Positions 24,484-38,805 of a DNA stretch of 64,000 bases are shown here, piece by piece (position 1 is the stretch's first letter; the number at the start of each line of letters is the position of its first letter). The notes beneath the pieces were generated by a model. The model made no database searches. It saw only the letters and a list, made by a program, of their open reading frames with translations, and was not told the DNA's origin. The DNA comes from Mobula hypostoma (lineage: Eukaryota), in NCBI RefSeq assembly GCF_963921235.1, contig NC_086109.1, positions 2,916,001 through 2,980,000 of the forward strand, read 5' to 3'. The translations under genes and the position numbers were made by a program.

Positions 24484-26185
24484 AGAGTTTTTTTCTGTTA
24501 TATAAGGAGTAAAAGGGAGGTAAGAGATGATATTGGACCATTGGAAATTGATGCTGGTGAGGTAGTAATGGGGAACAAAGGAAGTTCTTTGCATCAGTCT
24601 TCATTGTGGAAGACACCATTAGTGTGTCAGAGGTCCATGAGTGTCAGGGAGAAGGGGTGAGTGCCATTGCTACTACAAAGGAAAAAGTGATAGGCAAACT
24701 CAAAGGTCTTAAGGTGGATACGTCACCTGGACCAGATGGACTACATCCCAAAGTCTCGAGCGAAGTTTCTAAAGAGATAATGGATGCATTAGTCATGATC
24801 TTTCAAGAATCACTTGATTCTGGCATGGTCCTGGAGGACTGGAAATTTTCAAATGACACTCCACTCTTGAAGATGGGAGGAAGGAAAAAGAGAGGAAATT
24901 ATAGGCCAGTTAGCCTAACCTCAGCAATTGGGAAAGTGTTGGAGTCTATTTTTAAGGATGAGGTTTCAGGGTATTTGGAGGAATTAACAAGCAGGCTGGA
25001 CAAAGGAGAGGCAGTGAATGTAATTTACTTGGATTTTCAGAAGGCATTTGATAAGGTGCCACACATGAGGCTGCTTAACAAGATAAAATCCTATGACGTT
25101 ACAGGAAAGATACTGCCATGGATAGCGGAATGGCTGACAGGCAGGAGGCAGCGAGTGGGAATAAAAGGGCTGCCTGTGACTAGTGGTGTTCCTCAGGGGT
25201 CAGTATGGGACCGTTACTTTTCACATTGTTTGTCAGTGATTTAGACATTGGAATTGATGGATTTGTGGCAAAGTTTGTGGATGATATGAAGATAGGTGCG
25301 GGGGCAGGTAGGGTTGAGGAAGCAATATGATTGCAGCAGGACTTAGACAAATTGAAAGAATGGATTTAAAAAGTGGCAGATGGGAAATGTATGATGATAT
25401 ATTTTGGTAAAAGGAACAATGGTGTGGACTATTATCTAAATGGGGAGAAAGTTCAAACATCGGAGGTGCGGAGGGACTTAGGAGTCCTCATGCAAGACTC
25501 CCAGAAGATTAATTCACAGGTTGCGTCTGTGGCAAGGAAGGCAAATGAAATATTGGCATTTATTTCAAGTGGAATAGAATATAAAAGCAAGGAGATAATG
25601 CTGAAGCTGTATAAGACACTAGTCAGGCCCACATGGAGTATTGTCAATGATTTTGGGCCCCATACTTCAGAAAGGATGTGTTGTCATTGGAGAGAGTCCA
25701 AAGGAGGTTCACGAGGATGATTCTGGGAATGAAGGGGTTAACATATGAAGAGCGTTTGGCAGCTTTGGGCCAGTACTCACTGGAATTTAGTGCGGGGGAA
25801 TCTCATTGAAACCTTACGAATGTTGAAAGAACTAGATAAGGTGGAAATGGAGAGAACATTTACTATGGTCAGGGTATCCAGAACTGAAGGACACAGTCTC
25901 AAAATTGAGGGGTGACCTTTTAGAACAGAGGTAAGGAGGAATTTTTTTTTACCCAGAGAGTAGTGAATCTCTGGAATGCTCTGCCACAGGCTGCAGTGGA
26001 GGCCAAGTCTGTGGGTATATTTAAGGCAGATGCTGATAATTTCCTGACCGGTCAGGGTATTAAAGGATATGGTGAGAAAGCAGGTGTATGGGGTTCAGTG
26101 GGATCTGGAATCAGCCATGATGGAATGGCAGAGCAGACTCGATGGGCTGAATGGCCTAATTCTGTTCCTATGTCTTATGGTCTGA
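24484..26185 (+). mobile_element. CR1 LINE, 5'-truncated
   Basis: ORF 24606-25244 SPGPDGLHP...NYRPVSLTS...YLDFQKAFDKVPH...GVPQGS, then the C-terminus and 3'UTR. Confidence 0.93.
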
Positions 26186-28865
26186 ACAACAATGAACAGT
26201 TGAATAGACAATCAGAGCAAATAGACAGCAAAGGAAGAACATTAAGAGGAGTTAAAAAGAAAAAAAGAACATTTATCAGCCAAGTCAACCGAGATAGAAG
26301 GCATTAGACCATGTGCTGGTAAGTAGGATCAGTATGGATAGATACTTAAAGTTAGCATGAAAATGATGGGCTGAAAGGCCTGTTTCCCTACACTATACGA
26401 TTGCTTCTTTAACAGAGTGGTAACTTAATGGGGAAAGAGAATCATTGAGAAATGATCACTACAGCAAGCAAGAATTTTCAGGTAAATATGGAATTTCAAC
26501 TTTAAAGCAAATGAGTAATTAAATCAAATTTTGAAATATAAATTTGATAAAATCCAAGCACATGGGACAAAGGTTCTTTGAGATAAGAATATGGAACACT
26601 TTTTCTGTGAACTGAAATAAATAGGACAGCCATTAAATAGAAATGACAGGTTGTGTAATTTATAAAGAACGTCTATGTGAAAAGTATCTCTGCCATGAGC
26701 TGTACAGCGTTGATTTGCAACGATGAGATTGAAACTTTCCCTCAAATTCAAGAGCACTACGTGAAATCTCACTTTTGAAATTTTAAGCTCGCTGCTTCTG
26801 GAAGGGCGAAGAATATCAAAGCTATGTGGATCTGATTCGAAAAAAAATCTTCTTTCCTTAGCTATGAATCATAGCCTATGATCACAAAAGAGGGATTATA
26901 ATTTTGAAGACGGTTTTACACTTAACATTCTGCAAGAGGTGGAATGCTGCTGCAGCTGTCTAAACTATTGGATTCGTGGCAGGACGGCACATGCAGAGCT
27001 GCTACAGAACAGACGTGGCTGCAGAAGTTCTGTTTTACAGCTTCCTGCTGTAAGAAACTTAGGGATCATTAACTGTTTTATCTATCAACTGTGATCATGC
27101 AAAACAGTATTTCTGCAAATTCGGCAATGAAGGAAACAGCTAAGATTCACACAGCCATGAAATTGTTATGACATAGAAGGCCATTTGGCTGAGTGAACAT
27201 GCATCCATTATTTCTTGAGTAATTCAGTCAGTTTCCCTGCTCTTTCCCTATTGCCATGAAAATTACTGCTCTTTGTGCAACTCTCTTTTGAAAACAGTGA
27301 TTGTCTATTTCCTTATTTCATACAGGTAGAGAATTATAGTTACCGTTCTGCAATACAGTACTTTACATCCTCCTCCCTCTCGTCCTCAAATGAACAGCTA
27401 TTTAAGCCAATCATAAATAATACATCTCAACCAAATCTCCAACTTCTTTGTACCAATTGTAGCAATCCCAGCTCCTCTGTTCTGATCTTGTGGCTGAATT
27501 CCTACATTCCCGGAATCCTTGTAGCACCTTTCCTCAGACCCTTAGGCAGGAGAGGGCAGGGTGACCAGAATTTAGTGGCCTCACCATTGATCTTCAAAGG
27601 TTCAGCATGGCCCTGATGCCTTTATACCTCATGCCTCCATTTAGGAAATTGAGCATCTCATAAGATTCAATATTTTCTGTCACTTTCTATGATTTATGCA
27701 GATGTGCCCCAGTTTCCCATGTGTATGCATGTTCTCTGGAAATCTGCCATTACGTTCGCTTAGCCTCGCTTTGTTCTTTCTGCCACACTGATTTACTTCA
27801 CACTTCTCTGAGTTAAAGCTCTGTCTGTTCATTTAGGTCTTCTAACAGCCTTTAATCATCCTCCTCACTTGCGTACCGCCGAGCTTCTATCATCCTCCGA
27901 CTACGAAATGTTACCTTGCACAGCTACGTACAAGTTACAAACACATAGCCAAAACGGTGCTTGGGACATTCACTCTCCAACTGTAAAACCAACACTTACC
28001 ATGACCCTGCTTTGTCCAATTTCTGTCTAGCTATGATCTCACCAATCCTTTTGGCCTTTGGACCTCAACTGTGATAGAGTTTTTCTTTGCGTGGTGTATT
28101 TTACAAAACCTTTTCTAAAAAATTATAAAGACAGGAAATTAATAACCAAAGAGATGACATAATTTTATGAAAAAAATATCAACTTACTGTTTAAAAATGT
28201 TCAAGTTTGCTGTTACATATACCTGCGGAAATATGTATTGAACTTTGTGACTAGTAATAAAGATGCTAGGTAAAGATTCACTCAGTGTTGGTATAGTGTT
28301 TTGTGAGACTTAGCAGAGAAATACTCCAAATACTCAAGATATGAATGTTATAGGTTAGCTTTTAGCAGTAGCAGCCCAGTACAGTAGGAGGACAACTTTA
28401 CATAAACTTATATTAACATATTTTGCTATGTGCTACATTTTTAGAACTTTTCCATGAAAGGCTATCTCGTATTTCGCTGATGTTTAAATTAACCACCAAG
28501 CCAGGATTTAGTATTGAAAAGCACATACTTTTCAAATGAAATGTCAACTGTTTATTCATTTCCATAGGTGCGGCTGAGATCCTCCAGCATTTTGTGTGTG
28601 TGGCTCTGGATTCCCAGCATCTCTTGCGTTAATAATTTTCAGATGAATTAAAGACGTACAGTACATGCCTTTGAAATGGCAGCACGATGGCAATGCAACT
28701 TAGAGTCATAGAGTCATAGAAAAGTACAGCTCAGAAATGCCCTTCAGCCCATCTAGCCTATGCCAGACCATTTAAACTGCTTACTCCCATCAACCTGCAC
28801 CAGGACCATAGCCCTCCATAACCCTTGTACTTATCCAAACTTTTATTATGATATTATATTTTATT

Positions 28866-29395
28866 AGTTGTCCTGTCCAAGACCGAAAAAAGCTGCAGAA
28901 GATCGTGAACATGGCGCAGCACATCACACAAACCAATCTTCCATCCGTGGACTCACTTCACGATGCACGCTGTCGGAGCAGTGTTGCCAGGATAATCAAG
29001 GACACGGCCCACCCAGACAACACACTTTTCGTCCCTCTTCCCTTCAGGAGAAGGCTCAGGAACTTGAAGACTCGTACGGCCAGATTTGGGAACAGCTTCT
29101 TTCCAACTGTGATAAGACTGCTGAACGGATCCTGACCCGGATCTGGGCCGTACCCTCCAAATATCCGGATCTGCGTCTCGGTTTTTTTGCACCACCTTAC
29201 TTTCCATTTTTCCATTTTCTATTTATGATTTATAATTTAAATTTTTAATATTTACTGAATTTTTACTATTTTTAATATTTAATATTTGTAATCCAGGGAG
29301 AGTGAAGCACAGATTCAGATATCGCTGTGATGATTGTACGTTCTAGTACCAATTGTTTGGTGACAATAAAGTATAAAGTATAAGTATAAAGTATA
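28866..29395 (+). mobile_element. Rex1/Babar 3' end, young subfamily, (TAAAGTA)-type tail
   Basis: DRKKLQKIVN...LPFRRRLRNLKTRTARFGNSFFPTVIRLLN. Highly similar to 51284-51880. Confidence 0.9.
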
Positions 29396-30317
29396 TAAAA
29401 TATAATATAGCAATATATTATATAATTATATTGTTTTATTCTTTTATTATATTAAAAGATATAGTGGAACAAAGTGATAATTGCACAGTATTTTGTATTT
29501 ATTTCTGTTTCACTTATTCACTATTGTCATACTATTGAACCTGCACTAAAACCAAGGAGCTATACCCTGACTTACTTGAATGGACTGGCTGACTGCCTAG
29601 TTGATGTTACAACACCTCAGCAAGGGCAGTACTATACAATTATATATTATTTTATTATATTAAAAATATACTGTTTATGCAAACCTTAGCAACTGCCTTG
29701 ATCTTAACATTATAGATCTTATGCAGCTTAACAACCACTCCTTTATTTTCTCAGATAACCGCACACTTTGTGAAGGGTGGCTGATGTCGACTACATACCA
29801 CTGTGGTGAACTTGTGATGGCAAGTGGATTTCGGCGTGTCTCAGCCAGTCTCTCCTGCAGCCTGACAGTGATTGTTCTTGCCTGATACTTCTGGGTGTTT
29901 GCGTTTAAAACATTCACAATACTTTTGCTGCTTAGTTTGCCAATTTTAATTATTTTCTGTTCACACCTCTGCTTTCATTTTCCAGTAAATGTTGTCCTTG
30001 CAATAACAAATGATACATTTTGGGAGAGATTGTGATAAAGACTTCAGGAAAATGACTGTGTATCACTGAGCAGGTAACTCAGAATTCTCCCATGATTCAA
30101 CCAAGCCCCTTAAAGGCAAATGAAAGTTATTGCTGACATGGTTTAAAACATAATTCTCTGCCTTTATTATCTAATGGGCAAATTGCTAGGGCAGGGTAAT
30201 AGAAAACCTGGTAACGTGGGACTCCACATATTCATGCTTTATTGGACTTGACTGTAAAGCAACCGTCCTGAAGCCAGAAAGTCACTTAGCTGAAGGGCGC
30301 CAGAGGCTTAGTTTTCA

Positions 30318-30610
30318 GGAATGTCTAATACCAGAGGGCATGCATTGAAGGTGAGAGGGGGTAGTTTTAAAGGAGATGTGAGGAGTAAGTTTTTTACTCA
30401 GACAGTTGTGGATGCCTGGAATGTGCTGCCTGGTTTGGTGCTGGAGGCAAATGCATTAGAGGCTATTTGGATAGGCACATGGATATAGGGAAGATGGAGG
30501 ATTATGGACATGTTGTAGTAGGAGGGATTAGTGTTTTGGTGATTTTAATTTGCTTTTCAGTTGGTTCAGCACAATGTTACGGTGGCCTGTTCCTGTGCTG
30601 TACTGTTCCA
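30318..30610 (+). mobile_element. CR1 3' end
   Basis: TRGHALKV...FFTQTVVDAWNVLP remnants and UTR. Confidence 0.75.
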
Positions 30611-31811
30611 TGAGTGCTGGGAGTCACCGTTTTCACTGAGGGGGTTCAATAGGTCTATTTTATTTTTCCAACTTGTTCAGATTTTCACTGAGTTCCAGAG
30701 AAAATATTGGGTATGGACTGCCTCAAACCAGTCTGACAACTTAATTATGTGCACTTTAACCCAGCACTAGGAAACAGCAGGTAGTGATCTCAGAAACCTG
30801 CCTACCAGCTTGTTTTGCCGCCTTACTCCTGGGATTGACAATCCACTGCATTGGATTTACCCTCGTGTTCATTTACTGCTTCAAGGCAATCTATTGCACA
30901 TTCACAAGAGGATGGACTCTAAAGCAAGGCTTTGATTCCTCGATCACGTCACCTTGAGGTCTCTCGTTATTAGTTGAGATCCTACAGGATACCAATTTCC
31001 AGGAGCAAGTTGGCATCTAAATTGGACAATTTATAAAGAACAAGGATGAGAACCCACCTCCGATGATTTGGCACGTAGCACATTGCCTCCAATGGTCAGG
31101 GTATTGTGTATAGGAGACAGGAGGTAATTTTGCGACTGTGTAGAACATTGGTTAGGATGCATTTTCAGTATTGTGCTTATTTCTGCTTGCCCCACAACAA
31201 ACAGGACGCACAGGCTTTGGAGAGAGTGCAGAAAATGCTTACCAACCTGCGGCCTGGATTAGCAAGTTGAAGGGAAATGTGCAGGGACGAGTTTTTCGTT
31301 GCGCACAAGAGTGGTGGGTGCCCGGAATACGTGCTAGGGGTACCGTAGAGGTGTTTAAGAATGCTCTAGGTGGGCAGAGATGGAGGGATATTGGGCATGT
31401 ACAGGCAGAAAAGATTCATTTAATTTGGCATCACGTTCAGTGTGAGGTGACAGGGCTGTTCCTGTGGTCCATGTAGACTTCTTCCAGTTCAAAATGGTTC
31501 ATGAGAGTTTGGTCATTGTATCTGTGTGCTTTTGGTACACTTGCAGTAGTTTGATAATAAATGTATTTGGAATCTTTGCATCCCAGTGATGGAGTATTCC
31601 CCAGAAGACTTATCAAACAAGACCATAGGGGTAGAGCGTAGGAACTAAAGGAGGTGATCACCTTGCTGTGGGTAAACTATAAACTTCCCAACAGTCAACG
31701 GGAGATCGAGGAATGTGAATCATAGAATTGTACCACTCAACTTGTCCATGCCAACCATGACACGTATCTACTCAAATCCTGATTGTTATTGGGCTCAGAC
31801 CCCCTCTACAC

Positions 31812-31879
31812 CAGGGCTTTCCAAGCTAGGGTCCATAGACCCCTCAGTTCATGGTAAGCGTTCATGGCATAAGCCCCTG
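31812..31879. mobile_element. Short hAT/Charlie-like MITE
   Basis: CAGGG...CCCTG termini. Flanks CTCTACAC / CTCTACGA (8-bp TSD, 6/8 match). Related copies at 37670-37739 and 45084-46240 (split). Confidence 0.65.
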
Positions 31880-32202
31880 CTCTACGAAGTTCAAAGTACA
31901 TTTGTTATCAAAGTATGCATTGAGATTTGTCTGCTTACAGGCAGCCATAAAATAAGAAACAGCCAATGCACAGAGAGAAAAAATTACAAATCGTGCAAGC
32001 AATAAAAGCAAGCAAAAGTATTCGAATGAAAGCCCCATACCAGAATAGCCAACGGTGGTACATTAGACCATGGAGATTTATCCACCTTTGAGTTTGTGAG
32101 AAATACAAAGATCTCTTCTTTATCAACAGTCTGGTGGAGAAATTTAGCAGTTCAGTAGCATCTGTGGAATTGTTGATATTTCTGTTCAAAACCTTGCTTC
32201 AG

Positions 32203-32488
32203 GACAGAGAGTGCACTCCTGTCTGTCATCTTACTAATCACCTCCCCTCAGTTCACCAATCACTTTGGACCCCTGTCTCACAACTCCCTCTCTCCTCTTT
32301 ACACCGACCATCCCACCTCTGCACTCTCAGACCTAGTGCAGAGTTGACAGAGAGTGTACTCCTGTCTTGCCTCCTACCAGACACCCCTCCTCAGTTCACC
32401 AATCACTTTGGACTCCTGTCTCACAACTCCCTCTCTCCTCTTTACACCGACCATCTCACCTCCACACTCTCTGTCCTAGTGCAGAGTT
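32203..32488. repeat. Tandem duplication, 2 x 143 bp, within a decayed Penelope pseudo-LTR-like sequence
   Basis: Units 32203-32345 and 32346-32488 both run gacagagag...ctagtgcagagtt. Confidence 0.9.
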
Positions 32489-32571
32489 TCAGTTCCAAGC
32501 ACTTCCTTCTTCCCACAGATGCGGTTTGCTCCACCCAGCTCTTCTGAAAGATTGCTTCATGAATCACAAAT

Positions 32572-34050
32572 TTTGGAATGGTTCCAAAGGACCGGAAAGT
32601 TACAAATAACCACTCCACTCTTGAAGAAGGTAGGGAGACAAAGCACGGGAAATTTTAGGCCCATTAGCCTGATCTCAACGGTTGGGAAGATGTTGGAGTC
32701 CACTATTAAGGATGAGGTTTCAGGGTACTTGGAAGCACATGATAAAGTAGACTGGTCAGCATTAATTTCTTTACGGGGAAATCTTGCCTGACAATATGTT
32801 GGAGTTCATTGAGAAAATAACAGGGAGGATAGACAAAGGAGAGTCAGTGGATGTTTTTAATTGGATTTTCAGAAGGTTTTTGACAAGGAGTTCCCCATGA
32901 GGTTGCTAAACAAGATAGAACCTATGGTATTGCAGGAAAGACAGTCTTATGTACAGAAGACTGGCTGACTTACAGAGGCAAAGAGTGGGAATGAGGGGGC
33001 TTTTTCTGTTTGGATAGACGTGCCTAGTGACGCTTTCAGGGGTTGGTGTTGGGATCACTTCTTTTCACGTTGTATGTCAATGAATTGGATGATGGAATTG
33101 ATGAACTTGTGGCCAAGCTTGTGGACTATACAAAGACAGGTGGAGGGGCTGGTAGTGTTGAGGAAGCAGGGTGTCTGCAGAAGTACATAGACAGATTATG
33201 AGAATGGGTAAAGAAGTGGCAGATGGAATATAGTGTGGGGACGTGTATACACCTTGGTAGAAGGATTGAAGGCATTTCTAAATGGGAGAAAATTGAAAAA
33301 TCAGAGTGGCAAAGGGACTTGGAAGACCTCATGCAGGATTCCCTAACTTGCAGGTTGTGGAAGTAATCCTTCCTTGAGATGGAAGGCAAATGCAATGTTC
33401 ATATTCATTTTGAAAGAACAAGAATATAGAAGGAAGGAGGCAATGCTGAAGCTTTATAAGACATTAGTCAGACCACACAGAGTATTGTGGACAGCTTTAC
33501 GTCCCTTATTTAGAAAAGGATGTGCTGGCATTTGAGAGGGTCCAGGAGGTTCACAAGCTTGATCCCAGGAATGAAAGGGTTAATATATGAGGGAATATTG
33601 ATGGTTCTGGTATTTCCTCATTGGAGTTTAGAAGAATGGGTGTTTCATTGAAACCTACCAAATATTGAAAGGTCTAGATGGTGTGGATGTGGAGAAGATG
33701 TTTTTTATGCAACACACACAAGGTGCTGGAGGAACTCAGCAGGCCGGGTAGCATCAATGGAAAAGAGTGAACAGTAGATGTTTCGGGCTGAGACACTTCA
33801 TTGTCTTCTTTATCCAGAGATAGCGAATCTGTAGAATGCATTGCCACAAGTGGCCGTGGAGGCCAAGTCATTGAGAATATATTAAAGCAGAGGTTGATTG
33901 GTTCTTGATTAGTAAGGTATCAAAGGTTACAAGCAGGAGGTAGGAGAGTGGGGTTGAGAGAGATAATAAATCAGCCATGGTGGAATGGCAGAGTAGAGTC
34001 AATCAGGCACATGGACTAATCCTTCTCCTATGTCTTCTGGTCTCTTATGG
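32572..34050 (+). mobile_element. CR1 LINE, decayed, interrupted by a Penelope pseudo-LTR piece (~33709-33810)
   Basis: TPLLKK...GNFRPISLISTVGKMLESTIKDEVSGYLE and the downstream CR1 3'UTR. Confidence 0.88.
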
Positions 34051-34924
34051 ACTGTTGTTTCCATCCTCCCGTAGAAGGTCCAATAAAGACTCTGTAACAT
34101 TATTGTCCCAGGACGCAAGGAAGCAACGTACCAATGTGGGAAGCCAAAGAAGCGTCTGTCTAATCCAGTCTCCTACCACTACTTGCTGTTGGATTCATGC
34201 TCCTCCTGTTCAACTGAGATCCCATGGTTCCATGACCTCGTGAGTGGCCAGAAACCAGAAGCACATTTGTCACCACCATTTCCCAGCACAAATCATTTGA
34301 GTGAGGAGCAGAGATTCTCCTTCCTCCGCATGGTGGTCACTCATTCCCTCTGACTGCTTTGCCTTATAATGTTCTCTGAAGAACAGAACAGTCACCCTGG
34401 TTACAGTAGAGCTTCCCTATCCCTGATATTGACTCAAGGCACACAACATTGCAACCACATTTCAATTTGGAGAAAGCCTCTTAAAACGTAATAACTAATC
34501 TCACACTTTATTTGAACTGTAGAACAGTGATACCAACCCGAGCAGCACCAATGATGAAAATCACTCATGTGCCACGTGGTTAATCTACCTCCATTTTTAT
34601 CTATTCAAATGGTTTGACCCCAGTCAGCTGAAATTAATTGACCTCAGTTGAAAAAGCCGCAATTCCAAATGGAAAGTCAAATTACTAGAGATGGATTTGA
34701 GGTCGACCATTGTCCACCAAAAATTGTTAGTAAGTTTTGGATTCATTTTAATAAAAGTTTTATAAATGAAACCTAAACTTACTAACGATTTTTGGTGGAC
34801 AACATATTACCCCTGCATTCAGGAATCCTGATGATAATATTATTGAAGTGAGAGTTAGAGCTTGTGGGCCAATTGTTTTCTTGCTTCTGAATAGGCTTAG
34901 GAGAGTTACTGGCCATTATTTTTA

Positions 34925-36100
34925 TAAACGTGAGAAATTCTGCACATGCTGGAAATCGAAAGAAGTGCATACGAAACGTTAGAGGAGCTCAACACGTCAG
35001 GCAGCAAAACGAACAAAAATAGCAATGTCACAAACAAGAGGAAACCTGCAGATGCTGGAAACCCGAGCAAAATGCTGGAGGAACTCAGCAGGTCAGGCAG
35101 CATACGTGGAAATGAATAAAAATATCCATGTCTCGGGCCGAGACCCTTCTTCAGGACTGGAAAGGAAGGGGGAAGATGCCAGAATAAAAAGGTAGGGAGG
35201 GGGTTGGAGGGGAAGGAAGATAACAAAGTGATAGGAGAACATAGACGCTGGAAATACACAACAATACACGCAGTGTGCTGGAGAAGCACAGCAGCTCAGG
35301 CAGCATCAATGGATGGGAATCAACAGTCAATGTCTATCTCCTGGTTTCACCTATCACCTGCCACCTCGTACCTCCTCCTTCCCTACCCCCCTCCACCTTC
35401 CATTTCTGACTTCCTCCCCCTTCCATAGATGCTGCCTGACCTGCTGAGCTCCTCCAGCACATTGTCTGATCTGCAGGTGATAAGTGAAGCCAGGTGAGTG
35501 GGAGAGGTAAGGGCTGGAGAAGAAGGGATCTGATAGGACAGGAGAGTGGACCATAGGAGAAAGGGAAGGAGGAGGGACACATGGGGGCAGGTGATAGGCA
35601 GGCGAGAAGAGTAGAAGGCCAGAGTGGGGAATAGAAGATGAGGGGAGGGAGAGAGAATCATTTTTTAACCAGAAGGAGAAATCAATATTTGTGCCATCAG
35701 GTTGGAGGCTACCCAGATGGAACATAAGGTGCTGCTTTTCCACCCTGAGGGTGGCCTCATTATAGCACAAGAGGAGGCCATGGACCGACATGTCGGAACG
35801 GGGATGGGAATAGGAATTAAAATGCTTGGCCACAGGGAAGCTCTGCTTTTGTCGAATGGAGCAAAGGCGCTTGACAAAGTGGTTTCCCCAATTTAAAACA
35901 GATCTCAGCAATGTAGAGGAGGCTGCATCGTGAACACCGGATACAACAAGCAACTTCACCTGATTCGCAGGTGAAGGGTTGTCTCACCTGGAAGGACTGT
36001 CTGGGGCTCTGAAGGTGAGCGAGGAGGTGAATAGGCAGGTGTAGCACTTTGCCCGCTTGCACAGGTTAAGTGCTGGGAGGGAGTTTTCTGAGGCGGGACA
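34925..36100 (-). mobile_element. Neptune-type Penelope element with a pile-up of tandem and inverted pseudo-LTR pieces
   Basis: QSFQVRQPFTCESGEVACCIRCSRCSLLYIAE and PVAKHFNS...KQHLMFHLGSLQPDGTNIDF. pLTR repeats at ~34927, 35030 and 35243, and inverted at 35335-35462. Confidence 0.88.
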
Positions 36101-36735
36101 AGTGGATAATTATAAAATTATGTTTATAATTCATTTCTAAAGAAGGAGGCATACTGTAGGATAGCAGAGGTTATGTAGAAAACCATCAATAATTCTCTGC
36201 TTTAGCTCCTTTATGAAGTGGACTTGCATTACCCTTAACCGTCAGCTCAGCAGTGCCTGTGATCTATGAGGGGGCTGTGTAAAGCAGGAGGATAGATGCC
36301 AAATTATATTAAAGGTGATTTTGAAAACCCTTACTGCAACTAATCACAATTCTTCTGCTTACTATTTCCTATAATAACTTGCTTAGACAACAGAACATAG
36401 TTTCTCACTTAGTTTTTTCCCAATTAATCAGGAATATACAGTTAGGACATTACTTGTCTTTTTAATTGATAATTTCTTCGTAATGATATCCTTTGATCTC
36501 TTTTCTCTACATTTCATTGGAATATTTTTTCCTTTGTAAGTAAAATTGATGCATATCATAAGAGATGATGAACTATCCCCCAAGATGAGCGATCACGTTG
36601 CAGGTCTATAAAACTTTGAAGAGGCCACACTGGCAGCATTGTCAGCAACTCTGATTGTTCCATTGCAGGAAAGATGTGGAGCTTCTAGTAAGCATTCTGA
36701 GAGTTGACCAGGATACTGTTTGGAGTTGAGGGTAT

Positions 36736-37110
36736 CAAGTCAAGGCAAGTTTATTGTCATTTCACTATGGGATGTACTATATATAACATGAATAACCATA
36801 CAATGCATATAGAAATTAGACAAAGTTTCTTCAAACCAGGGTGTAAAGCACAGTAGTACACATAACACACAATGATTTATGAAAGTAAGGATGAAATCTA
36901 CAGATGAATCCTTCATAAGTAAACAAACTAAAGTGCTTAAATTAAATATTGTCAGGTACGGAACAGATTAACCAGCAGCTCTTCAAATGTGATGAGGGCT
37001 GAGGAAGAAACTGTTTCCCAACCTGACTGGTGCTCGTCTTTATCCATCGGAGTCTCCTGCCTGATGGTAGAAAGTCAAAGAGGGTGCTGGATGGATGGGT
37101 GGTACAAGCT
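36736..37110 (-). mobile_element. Rex1/Babar 3' end
   Basis: Similar to 9952-10340, including the tcaagtcaag...tttatt tail. Confidence 0.8.
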
Positions 37111-37669
37111 ATAAGGAGAGACTAGCAAGCTTCTCCCGAGCATCAGGGCTTGAGGGGAACCTGATTGTTTAAAAAGTTAGGAAAGGCATAGATATGGAAT
37201 ATTTTCAAAGGATATAAATGTCTGAAATGCCATACTGGACTATGATGCAACCAGTCAGGACACTTTCAGTAATAACCCTCATCAGCCAGGGATCTCTAAT
37301 CCTTCCAGCCTTGTCCTTCAATCTATTTGGAAAATGCTGCCTCTGAACTCTCTCTATCGCTACTTGACTGAGCTCCCGCTGGCCAGACATCACTTTACCT
37401 GCAAACAGCCTCTCCCAACCAACCACTGCAAATCCTTGTCAAATGCCTTCAAAACTGTAGCACTTCTGCTTGTGGACCAGTTAGTCTCTCTTTTCCCATA
37501 ACTTTGAAAACTAATGGAATTATGATCACTAATCTGAAATAGAAAGAAGATTTAATAGAGACCTGAATTTCTTCTTACAGAGGATGGTCAGTACATGGAC
37601 CAAACTGTCAAAGCAATAGCAAAATCTAGAAGTTATTTGGATAGATACATGGATAGGAACAGTTCAGAT

Positions 37670-37739
37670 CAGGGGCTGACAACGTTTATTATGCCATGGA
37701 CCCCTGAGCAGTCTGTAGACCCCGGGTTGGGAACCCCTG
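37670..37739. mobile_element. Short hAT/Charlie-like MITE in a CR1 3' remnant
   Basis: CAGGGG...CCCCTG terminal inverted repeats. Degenerate 8-bp flanks. Confidence 0.65.
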
Positions 37740-37809
37740 CTTTAGAGCAATATGTTAATCATGGACAAATGGCACTAACTTAGGGGTGTGCCTCAGCTAA
37801 TTTATTTTT

Positions 37810-38085
37810 ATTAATTAATTTTTTTATTGAGATACTGTGTGGAATTGGCCCTTCCAGCCCACTGAGCCGCGCCTCCCAGCAATCCCCCAATTTAATCCTA
37901 GCCTGATCTCGGGACATTTTACAACGAATAATTAACCTGTCAACCGGGACATCTTTGGACTGTGGGAGGGAAGCAGAGCACCCAGAGGAAACCCACGCGG
38001 TCACGTGGAGATTGCACGGACTTCTTACAGGCAGCAGTGGGAATTGAATCCAGATCACTGGTACTATAAGAGCATTGGGATAACC
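37810..38085 (-). mobile_element. V-SINE
   Basis: Minus-strand tRNA-like head, V-domain and (AAAT)-rich tail. Confidence 0.85.
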
Positions 38086-38579
38086 ACTTGCCCTGGCTGG
38101 CATGGATCAGCCGGTGCGGAAGGGCTTTCTGTATCACTCTCTGTCTCCAAGGCTTACTTCCTAATAATGAACCAGTTGTCCAGCCGCCTTACCTAGTTTG
38201 AGTGTTACCCTTCTCTACTTATGGCCATCTACGTTTTCTTTGTGTAAACCTTTCTGGACACACTTAGCAAATCCCGTCCCTTAGCATTATGTCTTCCCCC
38301 ATCAACGTAAGGGGGTTTACAATCACCTACTATGACAACTTCTTGCCCCTTCATGATTTTCTACATAGCCTCGTATATTTACACAGGTAATTGACATCTG
38401 TGAACTACTGGGGCCACCCAGTGATCTCTGTGGCATCCAAAGGAAGTTCCAGTTATTCCTTCTCTCTGTCTCCAGTCTGCATTCTACATTACCACCTACG
38501 TGCACTACATCCAATCCCACGAGTCTCAAGTTTACCAACTAACCTTTAGCTGCAAATCTATGAAAGATTTATTGAAAAC

Positions 38580-38805
38580 TCAACACACTCACATAGACAC
38601 ACAAACACACACAGACACTCACACACACAAAGACACAAACACACTCACCAACAGAAGCACACACACACACTCACACGCACACACAGACACACACCCACTC
38701 ACATACACACTCTCACACACACGTACATACACAAGAATACAAACACACTCATACATACACACACACACACACACTCTCACACACACACACACACACACAC
38801 ACACA
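38580..38805. repeat. Imperfect (CA)n microsatellite
   Basis: Directly visible. Confidence 0.95.
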
